Shown here: piece after piece, positions 29,389-38,772 of the stretch
Numbering within the stretch: position 1 is the first letter of the stretch
Layout: the number at the start of each line of letters is the position of its first letter
From: an uncultured Mediterraneibacter sp.
GTDB lineage: Bacteria; Bacillota; Clostridia; Lachnospirales; Lachnospiraceae
Direction of reading: 5' to 3'
Assembly: GCA_944383745.1 (NCBI GenBank)
Contig: CALWQS010000002.1
Span: forward strand, 2,194 to 66,193
DNA: 64,000 bases
The notes under the pieces: model-generated
What the model was told of the DNA's origin: nothing
The model's database searches: none
The model's input: the letters and a program-made list of their open reading frames with translations, nothing else
Program-made: the position numbers and the translations under genes

Positions 29389-32300
29389 TTATGCGGACGC
29401 TTCATCTGTGTCCTCCGCGTTATTCTCTTTTTCCAGATTTTTAAACGCCGTGGAGAGCATCAGCTTGATCCTGTTCAGCTGGTTGACCTCGCTTGCGCCG
29501 GGGTCAAAATCAATCGCTACGATGTTGGACTGCGGATACAGGCGGCGAAGCTCTTTGATAACGCCTTTTCCTACTACGTGGTTCGGCAGGCAGGCGAACG
29601 GCTGTGTACATACAATATTGCCTGCGCCGCTGTGGATCAGCTCCAGCATCTCGCCTGTCAGGAACCATCCCTCTCCGGTCTGGTTGCCGATGGAGACGAT
29701 TTCGGAAGCCATTTTCGCCAGATCCTCGATGTGCGCCGGCGGATCAAAGTGTTTACTGTCCGCGAAAGCTTTGGAGGCAGGCGAACGCAGCCACTCTACA
29801 GCCTTGATGCCCAGGTTGCCGATGAGAGCCTTTGACTTCTTAAATCCAAGGTGGGATACCTTGAAGTTCTGGTTGTAGAAGCAGTACTGCATGAAGTCGA
29901 TCAGATCGGGAACGACCGCCTCCGCGCCCTCTGCCTCAAGCAGCTCTACCAGATGGTTGTTTGCCGCGGGCAGGAATTTTACAAGAATCTCTCCGACTAC
30001 GCCGACTCTTGGCTTTTTGATATCCAGCGTCTCGATGCTGTCGAAATCACGGATGATCTCACGGCAGAGCCTTGCGAACTTCCGGCGCGACGGATAACCT
30101 TCGGATACAAATTTTTTCACAACTTCCACCCACTTGCGGTGCACTGCGTTCGTTGTTCCGGGAACTGCCTCGTAGGGGCGCATCCGATAGACGCACTTCA
30201 TGAAAATATCTCCGAACACCGCGGCGTATGCTACGCGCACGGCCAGCGGGAGCGTCAGTTTGAATCCCGGATTGCCCTCCAGGCCGCTCAAGTTGATGGA
30301 GATGACCGGAATGTGTCCGTATCCCGCTTTCTTCAGCGCGCGCCGGATGAAGCCGATATAGTTGGAAGCGCGGCATCCGCCGCCGGTCTGGCTGATGATG
30401 ACCGCCAGGTGGTCCGTATCATACTTACCGGACAGGATGGCATCCATGATCTGTCCGACTACGATCAGGGAAGGATAGCAGGCATCGTTGTTTACATATT
30501 TCAGCCCCATATCTACCGCCTGCCTGTTATCGTTCGGCAGCACCTCGATCTTATATCCGGCGGCCTTAAACGCAGGCTCCAGGAGCTCGAAGTGGATCGG
30601 CGACATCTGCGGGCAGAGGATCGTATGCGTTTTGCGCATTTCTTTTGTAAAAGGCACCTTCTCAATAGAGGATGGACGGATTTCCCGCGCTGCTTTTTTC
30701 TGGTCTCTGACACGGATTGCTGCGAGGAGCGAGCGCACACGGATCCTTGCTGCCCCCAGGTTATTTACCTCATCGATCTTCAGAGTTGTGTAGATCTTGC
30801 CTGAATCTGTCAGTATATCAGCAACCTGATCCGTAGTCACGGCGTCCAGGCCGCATCCGAAGGAGTTGAGCTGGATCAGCTCCAGGTTCTCTGTTGTCTT
30901 TACATAATTCGCTGCCGCATAGAGGCGGGAATGATACATCCACTGGTCCATCACATTCAGCGGGCGCTCCACCTGATGCAGATGGGAGATGGAATCCTCT
31001 GTCAGCACTGCGATGTTGTAGGATGTGATCATCTCCGGCAGACCGTGGTTGACCTCCGGGTCTATGTGATAAGGACGGCCTGCAAGCACAATCCCCTTAT
31101 TGCCTGTCTCGTTCAGGAAACGGATCGTCTCCTCGCCTTTGCGGCGCATATCCTCGCGGCAGGCGGCAAGCTCATTCCAGGCGTCATGCACAGCGGATCG
31201 GATCTCGGCCTCCGAGAGGGAGAATTTTTTTCCGAGCTCTTCTGTCAGACGATAGGAGATGGTCTCTTCACTCTGGAGAGAGAGGAACGGATGGATGAAG
31301 TCCACATCCCCGTGCACGATCGGATCCATATTGTTCTTGATATTCTCCGGATAGGAGGTCACGATCGGGCAGTTGTAGTGGTTGTTGGCATCCTCGAACT
31401 CGTTGCGCTCATAGGGGATGGAAGGATAGAAGATATGCTTCACTCCTTCGTTGATGAGCCACTGTACATGGCCGTGCGCCAGCTTTGCCGGGTAGCACTC
31501 TGATTCACTCGGGATGGACTCGATTCCCAGTTCGTAGATCTTCCGCGTAGAAGCGGGGGAGAGTACGACCCGGAAGCCAAGTTTTGTGAAAAAGGTGAAC
31601 CAGAACGGATAGTTTTCATACATGTTGAGAACGCGCGGGATTCCGATCACGCCGTGTTTCGCCTCGGATTCCTCCAGAGGCGTGTAGTCGAAATAGCGGT
31701 GGAACTTGTAGTCAAACAGGTTCGGCATCTGGTTCTTGGACTTCTCTTTCCCGAGGCCGCGCTCGCAGCGGTTCCCGGTGATGAACCTGCGCCCGCCGCT
31801 GAAATGATTGATCGTCAGGCGGCAGGTATTTGTACATCCGCGGCATTTTGTCATCGTTGTAGAGTATTCAAGGGCATTGATGTCCTCGATTGAGAGCATT
31901 GTCGTGCCCTCGCATTCTGTATAACGCTCCCTTGCGATGAGGGCGGCGCCGAAAGCGCCCATGATCCCTGCGATATCAGGCCGGATCGCCTCACAGTCCG
32001 CAATCTTCTCAAAGCTTCGCAGAACGGCGTTGTTGTAGAATGTACCGCCCTGTACGACGATGTGCTTTCCGAGCTCGGACGCATCAGATACTTTGATTAC
32101 CTTGAACAGCGCGTTCTTGATTACCGAGTAGGCGAGGCCGGCGGAGATATCCGCGACGGATGCGCCCTCCTTCTGCGCCTGTTTTACTTTAGAGTTCATG
32201 AACACGGTGCAGCGTGTGCCAAGGTCGATCGGCGTCTGCGCGTAGAGCGCCTCGTGTGCGAAATCTTCTACGCTGTAGTTCAGTGATTTTGCGAATGTCT

Positions 32301-33666
32301 CGATAAAGGAGCCGCATCCGGACGAGCAGGCTTCGTTGAGCTGTACGCTGTCGATCGTCTGATTCTTGATCTTGATGCATTTCATGTCCTGACCGCCGAT
32401 ATCCAGGATACAGTCTACGTCCGGCTCGAAGAAAGCGGCGGCATAATAATGGGAAACCGTCTCCACTTCTCCTTCGTCGAGCAGGAGCGCAGCCTTGATC
32501 AGCGCTTCTCCGTAACCGGTGGAACAGGAGTGGACGATCTCAACGCCCTCCGGAAGCTGGCTGTAGATCTCCTTGATCGCTGTGATCGTCGTGCCAAGCG
32601 GATCTCCGTCATTGTTGTGGTAGAAGGAATAGAGGAGCGTTCCGTCCTCGCCTACCAGAGCGGCTTTTGTCGTGGTAGATCCGGCATCGATGCCGAGAAA
32701 TGCTTTCCCGCGGTAGGTCGCGAGATCTTTAACCGGTACCTGGTGCTTTGCATGGCGCGCCGTAAATTCTTCATATTCTGCTGTGGTGGCAAAAAGCGGC
32801 TCGAGGCGCTCTACCTCCATTGCAATCTGCACTCTTGATTCCAGCCGGTTCTGGAGTTCGCGGAGCGCTACGGACATTTCCTTCTTAGAGTTGAGGGCGG
32901 ATCCGATCGCGGCAAACAGATGAGAGTGGTTCGGCGCGATTGTATGCTCATCATCCAGCTTTAAGGTGCGCACGAAAGCGGCGCGCAGCTCCGAGAGAAA
33001 GTGGAGCGGTCCTCCGAGAAACGCCACATGCCCGCGGATCGGTTTCCCACAGGCGAGTCCGCTGATCGTCTGGTTTACGACAGCCTGGAAAATAGACGCT
33101 GCAAGGTCTTCCCTGGAAGCACCGTCGTTGATCAGCGGCTGGATATCGGACTTGGCAAATACACCGCAGCGGGCAGCGATGGAGTAAAGCGCCTGATAGT
33201 TCTTTGCATATTCATTCAGCCCGGAGGCGTCTGTCTGCAGAAGAGAAGCCATCTGGTCAATAAAAGAGCCTGTACCGCCCGCACAGACACCATTCATTCG
33301 CTGTTCAATATTGCCGCCTTCAAAATAGATGATCTTGGCATCTTCACCGCCCAGCTCGATGGCGACGTCTGTCTGCGGAGCGTAGTCCTGCAGGGCAGTC
33401 GAGACCGCGATGACCTCCTGCACGAAAGGTATGCCGAGATGTTTGGCAAGTGACAGACCGCCGCTTCCCGTGATGACCGGGGAGACCTGGATCGGGCCGA
33501 GCTTGTAGAGTGCACGGCCGAGAAGGTCGGACAGCGTTTCCTGAATATTGGCGAAATGTCTCTCATAGTCAGAAAAAAGGACTTCTTTGTCCTCATCCAG
33601 AATTGCGATCTTTACTGTTGTTGAACCAATGTCGATTCCGAGAGTATGTAATTCTTTCAGATTCAT
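29389..33666 (-). CDS. Multidomain 2-hydroxyacyl-CoA dehydratase activator (two CoA-activase ATPase domains plus DUF2229-like region)
   Basis: GIDIGSTT...[10 protein letters not shown]; GIDAGSTT...NEACSSGCG; CYPAK, SFGCG and PFACLPNH motifs; 1425 aa. Confidence 0.88.
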   Translation of the reverse strand: MNLKELHTLGIDIGSTTVKIAILDEDKEVLFSDYERHFANIQETLSDLLGRALYKLGPIQVSPVITGSGGLSLAKHLGIPFVQEVIAVSTALQDYAPQTDVAIELGGEDAKIIYFEGGNIEQRMNGVCAGGTGSFIDQMASLLQTDASGLNEYAKNYQALYSIAARCGVFAKSDIQPLINDGASREDLAASIFQAVVNQTISGLACGKPIRGHVAFLGGPLHFLSELRAAFVRTLKLDDEHTIAPNHSHLFAAIGSALNSKKEMSVALRELQNRLESRVQIAMEVERLEPLFATTAEYEEFTARHAKHQVPVKDLATYRGKAFLGIDAGSTTTKAALVGEDGTLLYSFYHNNDGDPLGTTITAIKEIYSQLPEGVEIVHSCSTGYGEALIKAALLLDEGEVETVSHYYAAAFFEPDVDCILDIGGQDMKCIKIKNQTIDSVQLNEACSSGCGSFIETFAKSLNYSVEDFAHEALYAQTPIDLGTRCTVFMNSKVKQAQKEGASVADISAGLAYSVIKNALFKVIKVSDASELGKHIVVQGGTFYNNAVLRSFEKIADCEAIRPDIAGIMGAFGAALIARERYTECEGTTMLSIEDINALEYSTTMTKCRGCTNTCRLTINHFSGGRRFITGNRCERGLGKEKSKNQMPNLFDYKFHRYFDYTPLEESEAKHGVIGIPRVLNMYENYPFWFTFFTKLGFRVVLSPASTRKIYELGIESIPSESECYPAKLAHGHVQWLINEGVKHIFYPSIPYERNEFEDANNHYNCPIVTSYPENIKNNMDPIVHGDVDFIHPFLSLQSEETISYRLTEELGKKFSLSEAEIRSAVHDAWNELAACREDMRRKGEETIRFLNETGNKGIVLAGRPYHIDPEVNHGLPEMITSYNIAVLTEDSISHLHQVERPLNVMDQWMYHSRLYAAANYVKTTENLELIQLNSFGCGLDAVTTDQVADILTDSGKIYTTLKIDEVNNLGAARIRVRSLLAAIRVRDQKKAAREIRPSSIEKVPFTKEMRKTHTILCPQMSPIHFELLEPAFKAAGYKIEVLPNDNRQAVDMGLKYVNNDACYPSLIVVGQIMDAILSGKYDTDHLAVIISQTGGGCRASNYIGFIRRALKKAGYGHIPVISINLSGLEGNPGFKLTLPLAVRVAYAAVFGDIFMKCVYRMRPYEAVPGTTNAVHRKWVEVVKKFVSEGYPSRRKFARLCREIIRDFDSIETLDIKKPRVGVVGEILVKFLPAANNHLVELLEAEGAEAVVPDLIDFMQYCFYNQNFKVSHLGFKKSKALIGNLGIKAVEWLRSPASKAFADSKHFDPPAHIEDLAKMASEIVSIGNQTGEGWFLTGEMLELIHSGAGNIVCTQPFACLPNHVVGKGVIKELRRLYPQSNIVAIDFDPGASEVNQLNRIKLMLSTAFKNLEKENNAEDTDEASA

Positions 33667-33882
33667 AATATGATCCCCATTCTTTTGTGTACTTTTTCAT
33701 GATAAATAATATGAGTTACTACATATTAAATGTGTTTTTTGAATTTGCAACAATTAACATTATACGACAGGAATCTGAAAAAGACAATTGTTATTATTAT
33801 GCGGGATTTCAAAATAATTCCGGGGCTTATGGGTAATTTATATAAAGATAGTATGAAAGCCCCGAAAAGAAATAACATGTGT

Positions 33883-33911
33883 TTGACAAACGGTTTGACT
33901 GACGGTACAAT
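33883..33911 (+). promoter_or_regulatory. Sigma-A promoter of the membrane protein-pyk-lysA unit
   Basis: TTGACA-17 nt-TACAAT. Confidence 0.7.
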
Positions 33912-33963
33912 TGTATAGAAATTTGAAACAAGTACAAAAATGAAAGTAAGGGAGTAACTGCAT

Positions 33964-34809
33964 TTGAACTGGCTGGACAAATTAGAAAGAAAACTGGGAC
34001 GCTTTGCGATTCCTAATTTGACGGTATATCTCCTTGCGGGATATGTGATAGGTTTTGCGGTCATAAATTTTATGCCGGGCCTGCTGAACTGGTTTACGCT
34101 GGAACCGGGGCTGATTATCAGAGGACAGGTGTGGAGGATCATTTCCTGGGCGCTGATTCCGCCGACCACAAGCCTGATCTCACTGGTATTCCTCGTGCTT
34201 TTGTACTATTCGCTCGGAACGGCGCTGGAGAGGACATGGGGCACCTTCCGCTATAATGTTTACATTTTTTCAGGCATCCTGTTTACAGTGGTGGCTGCAT
34301 TTTTGCTGTACGGGGCGCTGTACCTTATATACGGAGTCGAGTTCTCCCTGTCGTCCGTGGGACTGATCAGCACGAATTATATTACGATGTCGATCTTCCT
34401 GGCGTTTGCGGCGATCTATCCGGATATGGAGGTGCTTCTGTACTTTATTCTGCCGATCAAGATGAAATGGATGGCGCTCGTGTATGCGGCGATGGCTGTT
34501 TACTACTTCATTCAGGGCGGAATCGCAACGCGCGTTTCGATTGCAGCGTCGCTTCTGAATTTTGCCATTTTCTTCCTGTCCGGCAGAAAAACGAGGCGGT
34601 TCGGACCTCGCGGGCAGGCGCGGAAGGCGAAGTTCGAGAGACAGTCGAGACCTCACATGAACTATGCGGGCGGCGCAAGGCACCGCTGCGCGGTGTGCGG
34701 GCGCACAGAACTGGATGATCCGAATCTGGAGTTCAGGTTCTGTTCCAAATGCAGGGGAAATTACGAGTACTGCCAGGATCACCTGTTTACACATGAACAT
34801 GTGAAATAA
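33964..34809 (+). CDS. Membrane protein (rhomboid/Derlin-like fold) with C-terminal Zn-finger
   Basis: GQVWRIIS, LERTWG and FILPIKMKW motifs; CAVC...CSKC...CQDH...H at the C-terminus. TTG start. Confidence 0.7.
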   Translation: MNWLDKLERKLGRFAIPNLTVYLLAGYVIGFAVINFMPGLLNWFTLEPGLIIRGQVWRIISWALIPPTTSLISLVFLVLLYYSLGTALERTWGTFRYNVYIFSGILFTVVAAFLLYGALYLIYGVEFSLSSVGLISTNYITMSIFLAFAAIYPDMEVLLYFILPIKMKWMALVYAAMAVYYFIQGGIATRVSIAASLLNFAIFFLSGRKTRRFGPRGQARKAKFERQSRPHMNYAGGARHRCAVCGRTELDDPNLEFRFCSKCRGNYEYCQDHLFTHEHVK

Positions 34810-34849
34810 GGCAGTGCCATTTTGACGAAAAAAGAAGAGGAGAGATTAT

Positions 34850-36286
34850 ATGAAGAAGACGAAAGTGGTTTGTACGATGGGGCCGAACACAAATGATAAG
34901 GAGCTGATGCGTAAGCTTATGCTGAACGGTATGGACGTGGCGAGATTTAATTTTTCCCACGGCGACCATGAGGAGCAGAAGAGCAGGATGGATCTGCTCA
35001 AGCAGCTTCGCGAGGAAGAGCATACGAACACAGCGATCCTTCTGGACACCAAGGGGCCTGAGATCCGTACCGGAAGACTGAAAGACGGGAAGAAAGTTAT
35101 GCTGGAGACCGGTGCCACTTTTACTCTTACTGTAGATGATATTGAAGGAGACGACAAGAAAGTTTCTATTTCCTATGAAGGTCTTGTACAGGACATTGAC
35201 CGGGGAAATACGATCCTGATCGACGACGGGCTGATCGGCCTGAAGGTGGTAGGCAAGAAAGAAAGAGAGATTGTGTGCGAGGTAGTCAACGGAGGAGAGC
35301 TGGGCGAGAAAAAGGGAGTCAATGTCCCGAATGTGGCGGTCAGGCTTCCGGCGATCACAGAGAAGGACAAAGATGATATCAAGTTCGGAGTGGAGCAGGA
35401 GATTGATTTTATCGCTGCATCTTTCGTGCGCAACGCAGAATGTGTCCTGGAGATCAGGGCCTATTTAAAGGAACTCAACGCGCCTCATATTCCGATTATC
35501 GCGAAGATCGAGAATGCGGAGGGAATCCGCAATATCGATGAGATCATCCGTGCAGCCGACGGTATCATGGTAGCGCGCGGCGACCTGGGCGTTGAGATAC
35601 CGGCAGAGGAAGTGCCGTATCTGCAGAAGATGATGATCCAGAAGTGCAACCAGAATTTCAAGACAGTTATCACGGCGACGCAGATGCTGGATTCTATGAT
35701 GCGCAACCCGCGCCCGACGAGAGCGGAGGTTACAGATGTCGCCAACGCCGTATATGACGGAACGGACGCCGTTATGCTCTCGGGAGAGACCGCGCAGGGG
35801 AAATATCCTCTGGAGGCGCTCCAGATGATGGTGCATATCATCGAGAACACAGAGCAGCACCTTGACTATGACACGATGCTCGAGAAGCTGGGCGCGCATA
35901 CAAAGAGCGGCCTGTCCACGGCAATCGGTTATTCTTCTGTGCTTGCTGCGGCGAATCTTGATGCAAAATGCATTATCACGCCTTCTGTGTCGGGAGCGAC
36001 GACCCGCATCGTGTCGAATTTAAGGCCGAAACAGGATATCCTTGGTATCACGCCGAATGAGAGGACGCTGAGAAGGATGTCCATCTACTGGGGAGTGAGG
36101 CCGCTCAAGACGATGAAGTTCAATACGACAGATGATATCTGCAACAGCGCGATCGAGCTCGCGACAGTGAAGCAGTATATCGAGCCGGGCGATGTAGTCG
36201 TACTTACGGCGGGAATCCCGTCCCAGAACATCAGTCAGGAGCACACAGCGACGAGCAACATGATGAGGATCGCTATCGTTGATTAA
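34850..36286 (+). CDS. pyk: Pyruvate kinase
   Basis: RFNFSHG, DTKGPEIR, AKIEN, MVARGDLG and TQMLDSM motifs. Confidence 0.97.
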   Translation: MKKTKVVCTMGPNTNDKELMRKLMLNGMDVARFNFSHGDHEEQKSRMDLLKQLREEEHTNTAILLDTKGPEIRTGRLKDGKKVMLETGATFTLTVDDIEGDDKKVSISYEGLVQDIDRGNTILIDDGLIGLKVVGKKEREIVCEVVNGGELGEKKGVNVPNVAVRLPAITEKDKDDIKFGVEQEIDFIAASFVRNAECVLEIRAYLKELNAPHIPIIAKIENAEGIRNIDEIIRAADGIMVARGDLGVEIPAEEVPYLQKMMIQKCNQNFKTVITATQMLDSMMRNPRPTRAEVTDVANAVYDGTDAVMLSGETAQGKYPLEALQMMVHIIENTEQHLDYDTMLEKLGAHTKSGLSTAIGYSSVLAAANLDAKCIITPSVSGATTRIVSNLRPKQDILGITPNERTLRRMSIYWGVRPLKTMKFNTTDDICNSAIELATVKQYIEPGDVVVLTAGIPSQNISQEHTATSNMMRIAIVD

Positions 36287-36321
36287 GCCTTTCCGACAAA
36301 TACAAGAAGGAGATAACAGCA

Positions 36322-37596
36322 ATGGAAAAGAAACCATTTGTAACCAAGGAACAGCTGGATGAGATAACGAAGACATACCCTACCCCCTTCCATCTCTATG
36401 ATGAAAAAGGGATTCGTGAAAATATGAAGAACCTGAAGGAGGCATTCTCCTGGAATCCGGGATTCAGAGAGTATTTTGCGGTGAAGGCCACCCCGAATCC
36501 GTTCCTGATCAATATTCTGAAGGAATACGGCTGCGGCTGTGACTGTTCGTCCTATACAGAGCTGATGCTCTCAGAAGCAATAGGGGTGACAGGAGATGGG
36601 ATCATGTTCTCCTCAAATGACACGCCGGCCCAGGATTTTGAGCTTGCCGACAGGCTGGGAGCGATCATCAACCTGGACGACATCACGCATATTGATTTTC
36701 TTGAGAAGACGATCGGGCATATCCCGGAGACGATCAGCTGCCGGTATAACCCGGGCGGGCTGTTCAAGATCAGCAATGATATCATGGACAATCCGGGAGA
36801 TGCTAAATACGGAATGACCACAGAACAGATTACGGAGGCGTACAAGATCCTGAAGGAAAAGGGCGCGAAGGAGTTCGGTCTCCACGCGTTCCTGGCAAGC
36901 AATACCGTGACCAATGATTACTACCCGATGCTGGCAAAAGTCCTGTTCGAGCAGGCAGTGCGCCTGGCGAAGGAGACAGGCGTGCACATCAAGTTTATCA
37001 ATCTGTCCGGAGGAATCGGAATCCCGTACAGACCGGATCAGGAGCCGAACGATATCTTCGCTATCGGTGAGGGAGTCCGCAGAGTGTACGAGGAAGTGCT
37101 TGTTCCCGCAGGTATGGGCGATGTGGAGATCTACACGGAGCTCGGCCGCTATATGATGGGACCGTACGGCTGCCTTGTGACGAAGGCAATCCATGAGAAG
37201 CATACGCACAAGGAATACATCGGAGTGGACGCATGCGCAGTAAACCTGATGCGCCCGGCGATGTACGGGGCATACCACCACATCACGGTCATGGGCAAGG
37301 AGAACGAGCCATGCGACCACAAGTATGACATTACAGGCTCGCTCTGCGAGAACAACGATAAATTTGCGGTCGACAGGATGCTGCCGAAGATTGATATCGG
37401 CGATTATCTTGTGATCCATGATGCGGGAGCTCATGGCTTTTCCATGGGATACAATTATAACGGTAAGCTGAAATCCGCGGAGCTTCTCCTGAAGGAGGAT
37501 GGAAGCGTGCAGCTCATCCGCAGGGCAGAGACGCCGGCAGATTATTTCGCGACATTTGACTGCTTTGAGATCGGGAAGAAACTGATAAAAAAGTGA
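36322..37596 (+). CDS. lysA: Diaminopimelate decarboxylase
   Basis: FAVKA (PLP Lys), AKYG, NLSGG, ELGR and SLCENND motifs. Confidence 0.92.
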   Translation: MEKKPFVTKEQLDEITKTYPTPFHLYDEKGIRENMKNLKEAFSWNPGFREYFAVKATPNPFLINILKEYGCGCDCSSYTELMLSEAIGVTGDGIMFSSNDTPAQDFELADRLGAIINLDDITHIDFLEKTIGHIPETISCRYNPGGLFKISNDIMDNPGDAKYGMTTEQITEAYKILKEKGAKEFGLHAFLASNTVTNDYYPMLAKVLFEQAVRLAKETGVHIKFINLSGGIGIPYRPDQEPNDIFAIGEGVRRVYEEVLVPAGMGDVEIYTELGRYMMGPYGCLVTKAIHEKHTHKEYIGVDACAVNLMRPAMYGAYHHITVMGKENEPCDHKYDITGSLCENNDKFAVDRMLPKIDIGDYLVIHDAGAHGFSMGYNYNGKLKSAELLLKEDGSVQLIRRAETPADYFATFDCFEIGKKLIKK

Positions 37597-37671
37597 AAAG
37601 ATGTTGAAAAAGCAAAAATGATATGATATGATAATATGCGGCTCGGAGAAGATCCGAGCCGCATGGTATAT

Positions 37672-37751
37672 GCCGCTGTGGCGGAATTGGCAGACGCACT
37701 TGACTCAAAATCAAGCGGGAAACCGTGCCGGTTCGAGTCCGGCCAGCGGCA
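37672..37751 (+). tRNA. tRNA-Leu (anticodon CAA)
   Basis: Acceptor stem GCCGCTG/CAGCGGC, D loop GGAATTGGCAGAC, anticodon arm CTTGA-CTCAAAA-TCAAG, variable arm, T arm GCCGG-TTCGAGT-CCGGC. CCA is not encoded. Confidence 0.95.
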
Positions 37752-37792
37752 GTGAGTATTCCCGGGAGAGGTTCTGAATATCCTTGTTTTCA

Positions 37793-37812
37793 GACTCCTC
37801 CGGGAGTTTTTT
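37793..37812 (+). terminator. Terminator after tRNA-Leu
   Basis: GACTCC-TCCG-GGAGTT followed by a T-run. Confidence 0.6.
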
Positions 37813-37907
37813 GCGTTGGGAAAAGAAAAATCCAGGATACATTTTCCTGAAATGTCTGGCAAAAGATATCCAGCAAAACAACAGAAGATAAAGCTTTATA
37901 AGATGAC

Positions 37908-38552
37908 CTATTTTCCGTCAGCTCCCTTTTCATATATTGTAAGAAGCTCAGACAATGCCTTGATCCGCATTTTCGCGTCTGGAACCTCTCCGAATCCGTA
38001 TTCTGCGAATACAAAGGGGACTCCGGCATCGCGGCAGGCGTCGGCGTCGCCCTGCGTGTCGCCCACATATACCACGTCCTTGAGAGCGTTCTTCTCCATG
38101 AGCTTCAGGATAGTCTGGCTCTTCGGAGTCTGTGTCTCACCGAAGCATAGATGGTCTTTGATATAAGGCCCGAGGCCGGATGCGTTCAGCATCGCTTCAA
38201 TATATCCGCACTGGCAGTTGCTGACGATAAAGAGAGGATACTTCTCAGACAGCTTCTTTACCGTATCGACGACTCCGTCGTACATCTTTCCCGGATGAGC
38301 CTCCAGATACCGGTTTTCATAGTCAAAACAGACCGCGATAAAATCCATGCGCTCTTCCTCGGACAGAGAGGGAAAAAGAGCGTCGGCGATCTCAGTCATG
38401 GTCTTCCCGAAGAGTCCCTGGAGGATCTCTCCGTCTATTGTAAGGTCCAGTGATGAATTTTCACGGATTGCAAGGTTCCAGGACTCTGCCACAGAATCTG
38501 TAGAATCCCAGAGCGTTCCGTCAACGTCAAAAATAATTCCGTCCATTCTCAT
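37908..38552 (-). CDS. HAD-family hydrolase
   Basis: FDVDGTLWDS, IVSNC and YVGDTQGD motifs. Confidence 0.9.
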   Translation of the reverse strand: MRMDGIIFDVDGTLWDSTDSVAESWNLAIRENSSLDLTIDGEILQGLFGKTMTEIADALFPSLSEEERMDFIAVCFDYENRYLEAHPGKMYDGVVDTVKKLSEKYPLFIVSNCQCGYIEAMLNASGLGPYIKDHLCFGETQTPKSQTILKLMEKNALKDVVYVGDTQGDADACRDAGVPFVFAEYGFGEVPDAKMRIKALSELLTIYEKGADGK

Positions 38553-38772
38553 TCTCCTTCAAAATTTCTGTGCACAGTATGCGTGCACGCTTATTATACT
38601 ATGGAACACGGAGCGGAGACAAGCGGCATTTGAGCAGGGAGCATTCGGAAAATCAGCCTTTAAAAAACACTATTTTTAGTGTATACTGGATTAATGCGAA
38701 AGAGAGCGATATAACATATAATTAATTCGTGCCTTCCGCGGTATGGCGGAGGGAGAAGGAGACGCTGATAAA

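Noticed and set aside
36287-36321. Lysine riboswitch before lysA (likewise a T-box before ilvA)
   Set aside because: The intergenic gaps are only about 35 and 50 nt, too short.
37752-37907. tRNA-Leu as an integration site
   Set aside because: No integrase and no duplicated tRNA 3' end seen; core genes follow.
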